A stretch of 60,838 bases of DNA, the filler included, from Stramenopiles sp. TOSAG23-2 (taxonomy: Eukaryota), in NCBI GenBank assembly GCA_900128395.1. It is 5 parts of 5 records of this genome, joined end to end, with 100 filler letters (N's around TTAATTAATTAA, not from the genome) between each part and the next. Parts side by side here need not be neighbours in the genome. Positions count along the whole stretch, not along the records: positions 12,209 to 24,303 come from LT649878.1; positions 24,404 to 36,491 come from LT649879.1; 3 more parts are not named here. One strand, given 5' to 3'. The position numbers and the translations under genes were made by a program. Shown here piece by piece: positions 22,412 through 35,100 of this stretch. The notes beneath the pieces were generated by a model. That model did not search any database and was not told where the DNA came from. It worked only from the letters and a program-made list of their open reading frames with translations. Within the stretch, counting starts at the first letter, position 1, and every line of letters begins with the position of its first letter.

Positions 22412-23941
22412 TTAACACCTACAACATGACCATTCTTTTCTACAAACCTCGCAAGAGTATTTGGAGTATTTATAGTTTGACCCGCGCCCAAACTTTTGAT
22501 AATAAAATGAAAGTGGATTCCGTATAATCCTATTGCCTTCGTAATATGTTTTTGAAGGAAATTGTTCCAAACGTGTTACAACTTCTATGGTACATGTTGG
22601 ATGCTCCTTTATGAGTGTAACTAAATATTGACAATTAACATTTTCCATTGTGGTGATTTGCTTGCCGTTAATTGATAAAATTAAAGCTGGAGCAGCTAAG
22701 TTCAAGAATTTTGTACTTTTAGCTTCCATAAGCACTCTACCTTCAAAATGTAGTTCTTCAATTTCAAAGCCATAGAGCCCCCTTTTATTTTTGTGGAAAA
22801 CAAAACACAATTTTCTATCATTATTTGATGTCTTTACGCGTTCCAATTCCAATTTCTTTGCAAGTTCCAATTTCCTTTTGTGTCTATTATTATAGTATTT
22901 TGCCTTTTGCCTTTTGCGTTCTATTTCTGCTAATTGCTTTTTTTGTTCCAATTTCAATTTTCTTTCGCGTTCTATTCTCACTGTCTTTGCGCGCGCTAAT
23001 TGTAGTTTCCTTTTCCTTTCTCTTTCACGCTTTTTGTGTTCCAATTTCAATTTCTTTGCACGTTCCAATTTTTTTGCTTGTAGCAACCGATATTTTTCTT
23101 GGATTGCTTTTGATGAGCGACCTGGAAATATTTTACTAATTTGTTCCCATTTTTTGTAATAATCTTTGTCAAATATCTTGTGCAGCTGGCATAATAACTT
23201 TTCATCTTTCTGTTCCCATTTCTTGTGATGTTTGTTGGCTTTGAGTCTTTTCGGCATACATCTTAAATTAGAGTCATTATTATTCTTTTTCCTTTTTTTC
23301 CCATTAAATTGTAGTTTTTTTATTTCAACTTCCAATTTCTTTTTTGCATTGACTAATTCTTCAACTTCAGAGTTTAATTGTTTTTTTGTATTTGTCAATA
23401 TGTCAACTTCAGAATTTAATTTACTTTTACGGTTTATCAATAAAGGCGGTTGTACAGGAGTAACAGGCAAAATTGGTTTAACAACAGTCCACATTTTAGA
23501 TGGTGAAGTTTTAACGTATACATTACCATCCTCATTGATATCATCAACACTTATTTTAGTCTGGACATCTGTTTCATCTTCTTGTCGCTGCCAAATTTTT
23601 TTTTTATTTGAACGTGAATATCCCCATAAATATAAATCACCAACTTTATAAGTATTTGCGTCTTTCTCTTTATACACATGAACTTTCTTATATACAGGTT
23701 TATCATCTGGCAATTCAGACTTACGTTTAATATCGTAATTTTTAATTAATTTTTCAACAAACATATTCCTAATTTCTCTTCGTTTTGACATTGCAATTCT
23801 ACAAACTGGGCATTGAATTGCCCCACTTTGCCCTGTTACATCATCCAAACATGTTCCACAAAATGTATGGCCATTTGTACATTGAACTGCTCTACCAGAT
23901 ATTGTGTCTAAACATATTGGACAATCTAAAAACTCTGCCAT
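22412..23941 (-). CDS. RING finger + Myb/SANT-like + coiled coil + PDZ-like protein
   Basis: CPICLD..QCTNGHTFCGTC..CPVCR (C3HC4 RING); KWEQKDEKLL..KWEQISKIFPGRSSKAIQEKY (Myb/SANT); GLYGFEI..ILSINGKQI (PDZ-like). Confidence 0.8.
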   Translation of the reverse strand: MAEFLDCPICLDTISGRAVQCTNGHTFCGTCLDDVTGQSGAIQCPVCRIAMSKRREIRNMFVEKLIKNYDIKRKSELPDDKPVYKKVHVYKEKDANTYKVGDLYLWGYSRSNKKKIWQRQEDETDVQTKISVDDINEDGNVYVKTSPSKMWTVVKPILPVTPVQPPLLINRKSKLNSEVDILTNTKKQLNSEVEELVNAKKKLEVEIKKLQFNGKKRKKNNNDSNLRCMPKRLKANKHHKKWEQKDEKLLCQLHKIFDKDYYKKWEQISKIFPGRSSKAIQEKYRLLQAKKLERAKKLKLEHKKRERERKRKLQLARAKTVRIERERKLKLEQKKQLAEIERKRQKAKYYNNRHKRKLELAKKLELERVKTSNNDRKLCFVFHKNKRGLYGFEIEELHFEGRVLMEAKSTKFLNLAAPALILSINGKQITTMENVNCQYLVTLIKEHPTCTIEVVTRLEQFPSKTYYEGNRIIRNPLSFYYQKFGRGSNYKYSKYSCEVCRKEWSCCRC

Positions 23942-24303
23942 CTTGTATCATACATATATATATATATACATATATATATATAATATATGCTAAATATGTT
24001 GTATCCTTTCTATATATTTTTGGAGGAAATGTTGCTTTGCATCATTGTATATCTTTTGCGAATATCTTTTATGATTGATTGGTATACATCATTACCACGT
24101 GGTATAACAAAAAGTATTGGTCCGCACAGATATTAGACTAATAATATAACTAGTGATTTTTTACCTTAACTTAGCACTGACACAGCAGTGGATATTTTTA
24201 CTTTGACTCTTAGCCCAGCGTTCTCGTTCTTTGTATAGAAAAAGTCATAATAATGTTTTTGCGATGTCCATGTTGGTGTCAAAGTATTGTATGATTTGTG
24301 GAT

Positions 24304-24403
24304 NNNNNNNNNNNNNNNNNNNNNNNNNNNNNNNNNNNNNNNNNNNNTTAATTAATTAANNNNNNNNNNNNNNNNNNNNNNNNNNNNNNNNNNNNNNNNN
24401 NNN
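24304..24403. other. Artificial contig spacer
   Basis: 44 N + TTAATTAATTAA + 44 N. Confidence 0.98.
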
Positions 24404-24629
24404 GTACTATAAGTGGGGTGAAAGGTATCCGAACCTACTTTCATTGAATTTTGTTATAGTGCATTTAATTATATATCTATCAAGTAGCAACTATTCTACG
24501 ATGATAGCATTGATTTCATCTTCTTAATACTCTTAAAAATATAGTTTTTTTTGATATTTAGTATTGGATTTCCTGTATGTAGATTTCTTCACCACCTGAC
24601 AGATCCATAGAAATACAATTCATCCCAAA

Positions 24630-24847
24630 ATAATTTTTACTGTGCCGGCCAATCGTAAATTTTCGGTATAAATTGCTTTGTATACTTAAACACTATATTA
24701 CCTATCAAATATACAAATTAATCGGTTCAGGTTTTCGAGTGTGTGAGTTTTGGATTAATTTGTGTATAGGATAGGTAATATTGTGTTTAAGTATACTAAA
24801 TAATTTGTACTGAAAATCGATGACTGGCCGGCACAGTCAAAATTATA
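24630..24847. mobile_element. Foldback/MITE-like element with ~90-bp imperfect inverted arms and a ~30-bp loop
   Basis: Left arm tactgtgccggcca..gtatacttaaacac..attacctatc..acaaattaatc pairs with right arm gattaatttgt..gataggtaat..gtgtttaagtatac..tggccggcacagt. Confidence 0.75.
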
Positions 24848-24917
24848 TATATTTAACTGTCAACACAAAACCACAGGTAATGATTTTAAGTCAATGATAG
24901 AAGCTCAAAAAAAATAG

Positions 24918-25102
24918 ATCAGGAATTTTTATCATCTAAAAATAATCAGCTATCTATTCTTATTACAAGTTCCACTAATTATTTATTATCGGATATTAAC
25001 TATTCCTTTCGCACTCTAAATAGTCGGTTTGGTAATTTAAAACCGTAAAACCCTACAATACAACTCTGAAGTTTGGGATTGTAATGCTATGTTGGTGCTA
25101 CC
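24918..25102 (+). repeat. Dispersed repeat family B, copy 1
   Basis: atcaggaatttttatcatctaaaaataatca..tatcggatatta..taaatagtc.gtttggtaa.ttaaaa..taatgctatgt also found at 58596-58770 on another contig. Confidence 0.8.
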
Positions 25103-25275
25103 ATTACAATGCTATGTAGATGTAATTGCCCGTAATGCTATATATACCTTGTGATACTTGCTTGCTATGTACATGTATTTGCCCGTAATACTATGTATAC
25201 CTTTTGACCATCACCCAACCAGCTAATATCACTCTACCACCTGGCATGATCCAATCTGATTGAGAGTGACAAACG

Positions 25276-25556
25276 GATATAGGAACGCTATCAAGTATCA
25301 TTACCATATACTAATTTTGATTGGCAGTATACCAGATATAGTAACGCAATCAAGTATCATTACCATATACTAATTTTGATTGGCAGTATACCAGATATAG
25401 GAACACAATCAAGTATCATTACCATATACTAATTTTGATTCGCAGTATACCAGATATAGGAACACAATCAAGTATCATTACCATATAGTAATTTTGATTG
25501 GCAGTGAAAGAGATATAGGAACACAATCAAGTATCATTACCATACATTAATTTTGA
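25276..25556. repeat. 59-bp minisatellite, ~4.8 copies
   Basis: Head-to-tail gatataggaacacaatcaagtatcattaccatatactaattttgattggcagtatacca units with few substitutions and no unique spacers. Confidence 0.95.
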
Positions 25557-26145
25557 ATTTCCATTGGTTTAATTGATTTAATATAGGAATAGCATTGTAC
25601 TCCTCAAAATCAGTTAGAAAAAAAGGAAACATTTCATATTTTTCAAATCTCTTCTTTTTTCTCACGACAAATCAAAAATTGGAAACCATTTTTTATAATC
25701 AAGAAATCAATAGGCATGAAATTTAATATACTAATTAAATTCATGAAATAACATATAAATACAACGTACCACCCAACATTTAGTTTATACTTAGAAACAC
25801 TGACTTCAAGAGTATTAGTCTAAAACGTTCTGAAATAGTATATATTATTGTACTTGAAAACTTGAATTTGTTCACTTTACAAACTAAAAAATAATAAAAA
25901 ATACAACAAATAATCAAGTGCAAATACACATCATTCACCTTCCTTTTGAGATATTAAAAGTGCTCCTGCTAATTTTATCAGTCGTGTGACTTGTTGGTGT
26001 CGTTTCGTTTATATATATATATATACACACATATACATTTCGTGGTGTTGTAGATTTGAATATTACTTTGTATTATATTTATTTTGATTTTTAAAAAATA
26101 ATAATTTGTTTAGATTAATAATAATAATATATAATAATATCAATC

Positions 26146-29100
26146 ATGTCACGGGATTTAGAAGAACGATATTTAGAAACAAGAGATCGTAATTTGTTAT
26201 TACGTAAAAAAAATAATGAACAAGAACAGACTATTAAACGTTTGTATACGAAAATTCAAATGATTGAAGAAGGGTTAAGACGGCGTGGCCATGGAAGTAC
26301 CATGGATGCATCGAAGTCCAAGACACGTACCAATAAAATGGATGATGTTGCAACGTCTAAATTAATAACTGATTTGAAAAAACGTAATATGAGTTTACAA
26401 AAAGCAAATACAGATTTAAGAGAAAAATTACGTTTAGCATTGATGGAAAACCGACAAATTGCAAATACGCCAGGTGGAAAACGTCGTATTTTAGCACAGC
26501 AAAAGCGCAACGCGACGAGTCGAAAAGGTGCTACGCATCATGGTGGAAGATCGAATTTATTACCACGAGATGAAAATTTACAAGGTATGCTTAAATCATT
26601 TGCAAATACGACAAATAATGTGAAACATGATAAAAAGACAAAAGAATTAGTCGGTGCATTACGCAATCGATTAGTATCTACAGAGAAACGTCTACAACGG
26701 TTGTTACAAGAAAACAAAGATTTACGTGTTCGGTCTTCAATCAATTCCCCTACACGTGGCAATGGCTCATCCACCGGTACGCATCACCATCACCATACTG
26801 CCGATACATTAGAATTGCAACGTGAACTACGTGATAAAACGGCACAGTTAACTTTGTTGAATTCTAGATATGAACATTTAGAAGGACGTAGCCGTGCTGC
26901 ACAAGAAATGCACCATGCTGCATTGCAAAAGATGGAAGATAACAATAAAGTCATCCGTGAAATGAGACGCAAATTGCAATTATTAGCAGCAGAGAAAGAA
27001 TCATTAGAAAAATCAAAAGAACGATGTCAAGATTTAGAACATGAAGTAGCTGGTTTAAGGAAAGAAACTGCTGAGTTGGAAGAAGCAATGGCACGTCTTT
27101 GTGAAAGTCCATTTATCAACACATCCTATAAAAATGAAAAAGAAGTCATGGAATTGCGTAAACATCGTAAAGATGCAAAATCGCAATTGATGCAAATTGA
27201 ATTTTTACAAGATGCAGTGAAAAGTTGGCGTAGCCGCGTAGCGGAAACGCAACATAATTTACAAACGTTGCGAAATGAGAAAGAAGCATTAGCAAAAGAA
27301 AAAGCTGATTTGGAATTGCGTTTAGAAGAATCCGATCGTGCAAATGAATTGTTGAAAGATAAAATGCGGTTGTATTCCGGGGAAACTGGTGTTGATACTA
27401 GCGATCTAGAACGTGCCTTGACACTTGTCAAACGTCACACGGACCGTCCATCCGAAGTTGACTTTTTAGACAACGACATGGAAGATGTAGATGACATGGA
27501 AGCTGTCCCTGCCTTGCGAAAACGTATACAAAAATTGCAAATTAAACAATTGGAGCAACAACGCGAATTGGATCGTGCAGATAGAATGTTAAAAGCACAA
27601 AGCAGTATCAACCGGGATTTAAATACGGAACTTGAATTATTGAAATCACGTTATACCGCTGATAAATCAACGTTGCAAAAGAAGGTAGATGATATGGAAC
27701 ATGTTGCCAGTAAACGCACGGCACGTATCAAAACGCTTGAAGCGCAAGTGAAACAAAGCATGCGCTCTGCACGAGGAAACAATATTGTATTGAATGATGA
27801 TATCCCTGCAACTTCTTCGAATATGACGCAAATGAATGCAGATAGTGCCCTTGCAAATCCAGATGCTGATTTCGAACCGGGTGAAAACATTTTAGAGATT
27901 TACATCGTCGATGCTACGTTATCATCCGGGGAAAGTTTACAACCTGGTTCCATCATGTTTGGAGGAAATAGTACAACATTGACACCGGATTCCACCACGT
28001 TTGTCATGTGCGATTTTTATGATTACGAGACGCAAACTACGCCAATTATGACCGGCTTATCACCGCAATATAATTTCGCTGCTACGTATAAAATTGAAAC
28101 GGAATCGATGTTCTTCATGCGATATTTATCCAGTGAACAGTTGGTTCTTGAATTGAACTTGGCCCGTATGGCTGATTTCGAATTAGTAGGTGTTTGTAGT
28201 TTAAGCCTTTTGGAATTGACAAATGATAATGGTGCAATAACGTTCAAAATGGCTCCTATCTTAAGTGTTCGTGATGGCACAACAATTGGCCATTTACATG
28301 TGCAAATGAAATTAGCATTGCCGGTGACTGAATTGTTTGAATTGTATTTGAGGGAAAATCCATCCGAACGGCAACGCGTCGAACGTTTACGTTTAGTAGA
28401 TCGTGACATGGCAATCGATGCAGCAGAACGTGCGAGGCAACAAAATTATTTAGAAGTCGTGATCGTCCGCTGTACGCAATTGCGAACTCGTACGGGCGAA
28501 GTTCCAAAAGCATATGTTGGATATCAATTATTTAATTATCAAGGTGTCATTACCAATGTTGCGGAGGAGACGACGGAGCCAGTCTTTGATTCCGAGCAAG
28601 CATTGCCAATACAAATCAATAATAAATTCATGCGTGCATTGCGAAAAGAAAATTTAGAAATGAATGTATTTGATGATTTGACGCGTGAAGATGACGAGCC
28701 AATCGGTACTGCAAGTGTTCCACTTGGTGCACTTGCAGAAGGGGAACCAATTGTTGGAGCATTTGATTTGCGCTCACCAAGTGGCACTTTATGTGGTCAA
28801 TTATTTGTAAACATTCGTTGGCGCATTCCTTTACAGATTGGTAACATCGGTTCCGTTGGAAACGAAAGAGCATTAGATACGGAGGAAATTCGATACATGG
28901 AACGTCGCTTTGAGACTCGTGGTAAGAATGGTGCCAATACGGGCAATGTTAGCTACAAACAATTTTTACGATACGTAGTTCCACAAGCTGAATTCCTATC
29001 CGTGCAAAATAAAGTACGTAATGCATGTATGCAAGATCGTGGGAAATCATTAAGAAGTGCAGTAAGGCGATATGAGCGCAACAATGGAGAAATTTTATTA

Positions 29101-32100
29101 ACGTCAAGTGAGGTGGAAGATATTTTCGAAGGCGTATCTGGCCGCACTAACTTATTGTCACGCATGGAAATGAATGTATTATTTGAACATTTAGATCCGG
29201 TTGCATCTAAAATGATAGAACCAAAACGCTTTTTAGAATTTTGCTCACCACCCGATACGCAAGCACAAGTTACGGAGGATAAGCTAAGGGCATATTTCCG
29301 TTCTTTGCATCGTAATCGACCTGATTATCGCGAGGAATTTCGCCAATTTGATTCCGGGAATACAGGGAGTATTACCAGGCCTGAATTTAGGAAAGCCTTA
29401 GTAAATTGTGGAATGACGGTAGAAGGCACGTCAATAGATAAAAAATTCCGTGATGGTAACAATGATTTTGGCGTGCAAGATGAAGGGGATAAGAATTGGT
29501 CAAAAAGTGCACCAGGTGGTGAAGATGTGATTACAAGTAGGAAAGGTGGGGATGATTTTGATGATTTAAATAATACATTAAAAAGCGACTTTAACAAACG
29601 TATGAATGAAGCAGAGCAAGCAAGTAAAGCCGCTGCTGCGAGATCGCAAGTACCTAAAATTGCGTTGGATTCAAACCAAAAGAAAAATAAAGCAAAGCAA
29701 GATAGTGCTAAAAATCGCATAGAAAGAAATTATTTACAAGATAGTAATAACAACAATAATAATAATAATAGTCGAAAAAAACGAACAAATGTTGTTGAAG
29801 GAAATGTATCACATGCAGAAGAGGAATTGAAGGAATTTGTAATGGATGTAACAGGCAGCGATGGCACACATACTTTGAATGATATTGAAAATGCAATAGG
29901 AGCAATGGCTAATGATGATGGAAACATCTCGAAAAAAGACTTAAGCAAAGCATTAAGTAGTGTTGGCATCAGCTTATCAAAAGAATCATTACGCATCTTG
30001 TTTACACATTTTGATAGATACGATGATGGTGTCATTGATTATAAAGAATTCGTTCGCTTCAGCAGTAGCCGACCAAGTAAAAGCGGAGTGTTGGTAAGTC
30101 AATTTAGGCGAGCATTGTGGAAAACGGACCCAGTCACTGCATTTAATGTCATGGATTCGAATGGAGATAATCATATCAGCAAAAGAGAATTTGTGAAAGG
30201 CGTTAGAAAAATGGGTATTCGCAACGTAACGGATCAGGACATTGATATGTTAATGCATCAATTCAGAGTGAAAGGATCGGAAGGGATTGATTTAAGAGCA
30301 TTTATTGATTTTGCTGCTGATGCACAACGCGAAGCGGATAGTCGTTTAGGAACTGCGGAAGAGGCATTGCGAAATATTGTAGCCAAAGCTGCTAGTAAAG
30401 GCTTGGATATGGGCCAAACGTTTAAAGCATTTGATGCGAATGACGATGGTAAAATTTCAAAAAAAGAGTTTCAAAATGCCGTCTCCAAATTAGGAAAAAG
30501 CTTAGATTTCTCATTGACACCAAAAGAACTCGATCAATTGTTTGCCAGGTTTGCCGGTAGCAAACGTGCCAAATATATTAAATACCATGATTTCGTCGAT
30601 TATTTCAACTCCACAACGGAGACGGATGAGGCGGAGAAAGAAAATTTACGTCGTTGGAAAGATAAAACAAAAGATGTAAAACCAGTGCGAGAACATACAT
30701 TGCAAGCCCGTGCTCACCACGTCACGCGTGAAGCAGCAAGGCAAAAACACGATTTGACTGAATATTTTGAACGGTACGATTTGGATGGTAGTGAACATGT
30801 ACGTACTACTGAATTCATTGCTGCTACTACGGCAGCTGGATTTTTCTTCAGCTTGTCTGAATGCAGATGGTTAAGTGAGAAGTTCAAAGCAAGTGGGGTT
30901 ACCGATGGTGTAGATTACAAATCGTTTTTCATATGGGCAACTGAAAGTTCCTCTCGCGTTCAAGCAGTAGGGGATAAGCTTCGAACCATGGTAGCAAATC
31001 TTGCTCGAAGAGATGGTGATATGGACTTTGGACCTATATTACAAGCATTTGATCCGACCGAAACAAATCGTATTACGAAGAAGACATTTACAAAAGGATT
31101 GCAAAAGTTGCAATTGAATTTAAGCGAAAGTGAAATTGATGTCTTAATGGGACATTTCACAACTGATCGAAATGGCAACATTCAATACGATGCTTTTGTC
31201 AAATATATTTTTGGCGAAGAGGGCAAAGGTGCAATAGATGCTCAACGTCGAACAAATACAAATAAAAAAACAAAGGCAAACAGAGACATTAGCATGGATG
31301 CAAGGGAAGAAGCAACGGATGCCATATCGAAATTAAAGATTATGGTCCGCGAAGCTGCACGGAAAGGTGTTGATTATAGAGACTCGTTTGAACATTTTGA
31401 TCCATCTAGAACTGGTAAAATCTCTCGAACGGATTTTAAACGTGGATTGAACCAATTAAATATAGTACTATTAGATGATGAGATGGATGCTGTCATGACT
31501 AGATTCGATTCGGAAAATACAGGTAGAGTTAGATATAGCGATTTTTTATCCGTAGTAGCGCCACAAGCACAAAAACGACAAGTGGATAAGGAAGTTCAAA
31601 AAGCTGCTGATCGTTTGCGTTCCATGGTGAAGCAACGTGCCCATGCAAAGAAGGGTTCAATGCGCGACCCATTTCAACATTTCTCGGTGAAAAAATCATC
31701 CTTTAATTCTGCTGAACTGTTTGAAGGTTTGAAACTTTTAAATATAGAATTAACTGCTGATAAGGTGAATATTTTATTTGAAATGATGGATAAAAATAGC
31801 GATGGTAAAGTGACTTATAATGAATTTAAATTGTTCATCGGTGATTCGCATTACCACGACGTTGAAAATAGATTACGTGCAAATATCACACGTTTAGCCA
31901 CCACATGGACGGGGGATAAAGATTTTAGAAAAGTTTTCCATCGTTTAGATGACGATGGCGCCGGCTCGTTAAGTCGTAAAAAATTCAAGGAAGGGTTGGA
32001 AGATTTAGGATTCGAGTTAACGAGTAGAGAATTTGAACGTGTATTGGATCGATTTGATACGGATGGGGATGGTGAAGTTTCCTATAAGGAATTCGTATCG

Positions 32101-35100
32101 TTCATAAAAAATAGATACGATTCGTTTAAACCAGTAGAAAAATTGAAACAACGTTTAAGAGGTAGGTTAAACGAAATGTCCAGTAGCAAGAAAGAAATGT
32201 GGCGCGCATTTAGAAATTTAGATTTAAATGGAAACGGGTACATCGACCAAGTTGAGTTTAAAGATGGTTTGAAAGATTTAGGCTTTAATTTGACATCTAG
32301 TGAAGCAAATGACGTCATGCAATACTTTGACTTCCATGCAGATGGGCGTATTAGTTACGAAGAGTTTGTTGCGTTTTTAGAAGGGGATGATGCGACAAGT
32401 GCAAATAGCACGAGAAAGAAAAAAAATTTTGGTTCTTCTGATCGAAAAGGCAATGGACTTTTAATGCATAAATTACGCCGCGCATTCAGGCAGCAATGGG
32501 CAGATGGGAAAGATGCTCATGAAGTTTTTGAAAGTGCCGATATAGATATGGAAGGTGTATTGACGCCGAAGCAAGTATTTAGAATATTGCGTGATAAATT
32601 CAACATGTCATTGTCCCAAGATAATGAAGATGAATTGATCCGGAAATTTGCTAGGGATGACAACATGCAATTTAATTATCCAGATTTTTTAAATCGAACT
32701 AGCCCTGCATATACCGGCCACGTTTCCGTTGGGAATAAAGTAGATGCAGCTGCTGCAAAGTTACGTACAGTCGTGCAAAAACGAGTACGAGATACTGGTG
32801 GAAAGAACTTGAAAGACCCATTCAGTCATTTTGATAAAAGGGACCGTGGTTATTTTGATATGAGAGCATTTAGCAAAGGGTTGAAATTGTTAAATATTGA
32901 TTTGAACAGTAGCGATGAGGAGAAATTGTTTGAAATGATCGATGGAAACAACGATGGGCGTGTTCGTTATAATGAATTTGCCGTTTTTGTAAATGGCACG
33001 CGCTATAATAACGTAGCAAGTCGTTTACGAACGAAGATTGGCCAAATTGCTAGGAAATGGAATGGTGGGAAAGATTTACGAAAAGCATTTGATAAGTTTG
33101 ATCGTGATGATAATGGTTTCATAACTTCAAGGGAATTCCATCGTACGGTGAAAGACTTTGGATTCGATTTAAATAAATTCGAAATTGATACGCTCATGCA
33201 CCAATTAGACGTTGATGGTGATGGCCGTATTACCTATAGAGAATTTATTGATTTCGTTCATCAACGAGTCGAGAAATACAATAAAGTAGAAAATTTGCCA
33301 CAAAAAGTGAAAAAACGAATTCAACGACATGCACGCGGGGAAGAATTATGGAATATATTCCAAGATATGGATCGTGATGGCAATGGTGTGTTGGATAAGA
33401 AGGAATTCCGAAAAGGGTTGGATAGTATGGGATTGAATTTATCTTCCACAGAAAATAATGATTTGATGGAATATCTAGGCCATGAGACGCGTAGTGGGAA
33501 AATGGTCATAAATTACATGGATTTCAATGATTTTATCAACAGTGATGATGGAAGCAACAACGGTGGTAGTGATAGTAGCGATGATGGTAGCAGAGGTGGC
33601 GGTGGTGCAAAAGGTGTTGATCGTATTATTTTACGTCTCGGCAAAGAAGTCGCGCGACGAACACGCAATGGCCGCACATTTGATATGCATAAACCATTTA
33701 ATAGAGCAGATAGAAGAAACAAAGGCGTCGTGGATGAACGTACGTTTAAACGTTGCATGGAAGATTTAGACGATGGTGATGGTAATATGGAATTATCATC
33801 AAGTGAATATAAAATGTTATTTAAAGAATTTAATGATGGTGGAATGATTAATTACGAATCGTTCCTGGATGAAATTATTAAAAGTGGGAAAACAGGTAGT
33901 AGTACAAGGAATTCAACGAAAGGCCATGTGGAAAGAATAATCAAAGATATTAGAAAAGAGATACGAAAGGCATGGAAAGATGGTGTTGATTACCATGATG
34001 CCTTTGAACGGTTCGATCGCAAAGTGAAAGGTTGGATTTCCACGAAAGATTTCCTATCTGGTTTGAAAGATATGAATATTAGAGTTAGTAGAAAAGATGA
34101 AAGCGCGTTGGTTGGAAAATTTGATCCAAGTGATAAAGGTGAAATTGATTATCACACATTTTTAACGATTGTTGCGCCAAGTTACAGCGATCGTGGTGCG
34201 CAGACACATGATGATCTCGTCATGGAAGCGGGTGAGAAACTACGTAGATTAGTGAAAATCAGAGCAAAAGATATGGATGGCGATTTAAGGGATCCATTCC
34301 GTCATTTTGATCAAAAAGAAAGAGGCGGTTTTAGCGCTAGGCAATTTGAAACTGGCTTGGAACTTTTAAAAATACGTTTAAATGCACGTGATGTTGGTAA
34401 ATTATTTAGATTGATTGATCTTAATAACGATGGGGAAATCCGTTTCAATGAATTTTCCACTTTCATTTATGGTTCCAAACATAGTGATGCGATCAGTCGC
34501 TTGCGTGCGAAGGTAACTCAATTGGCACGGAATTGGGATGGTGGACGTGATATGCATAAAGCATTTAAACGTTTCGATCGTGATAATAAGAAATTTGTTA
34601 CCGGTAGAGAATTTGGAAAGGTATTAAAAAGCAATGGGTTTGAATTTACTGATGTGGAAATCGATATGATCATGATGCGATTTGATATTGATGGGGAAGA
34701 TCGTATTACATTTGCAGATTTTATGGAATTCATTGATCAACGTGTACGGAAATTTAGCAAAGTTGATAAATTACATACAAAAATACGACAAAAAATTAAA
34801 AAAGCAGCAAAGAAAACGGGCAGTGCAAAGAATGTAGGTGCAGTATTCCATGCCATGGATACAGATGGCAATGGATCATTAGATCGCAATGAATTCAATG
34901 AAGGGTTAATTGATCTTGGTATTGAATTACGTGCACTAGAATTGGATGATTTAATCGATTACTTTGATCATAATGGCAATGGTTCTGTTAGTTGGGAAGA
35001 ATTTGTCGATTTTGTTGATCATGATTACGAGGAATTGAATGACAATGATGATGATGATGATGATAGTAGTAGTAGTGGCTTGTTGAAACGTGTATCTAAA

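Noticed and set aside
25276..25556. Possible CRISPR array
   Set aside because: Units are contiguous near-identical 59-mers with no unique spacers; no cas genes; eukaryotic context.
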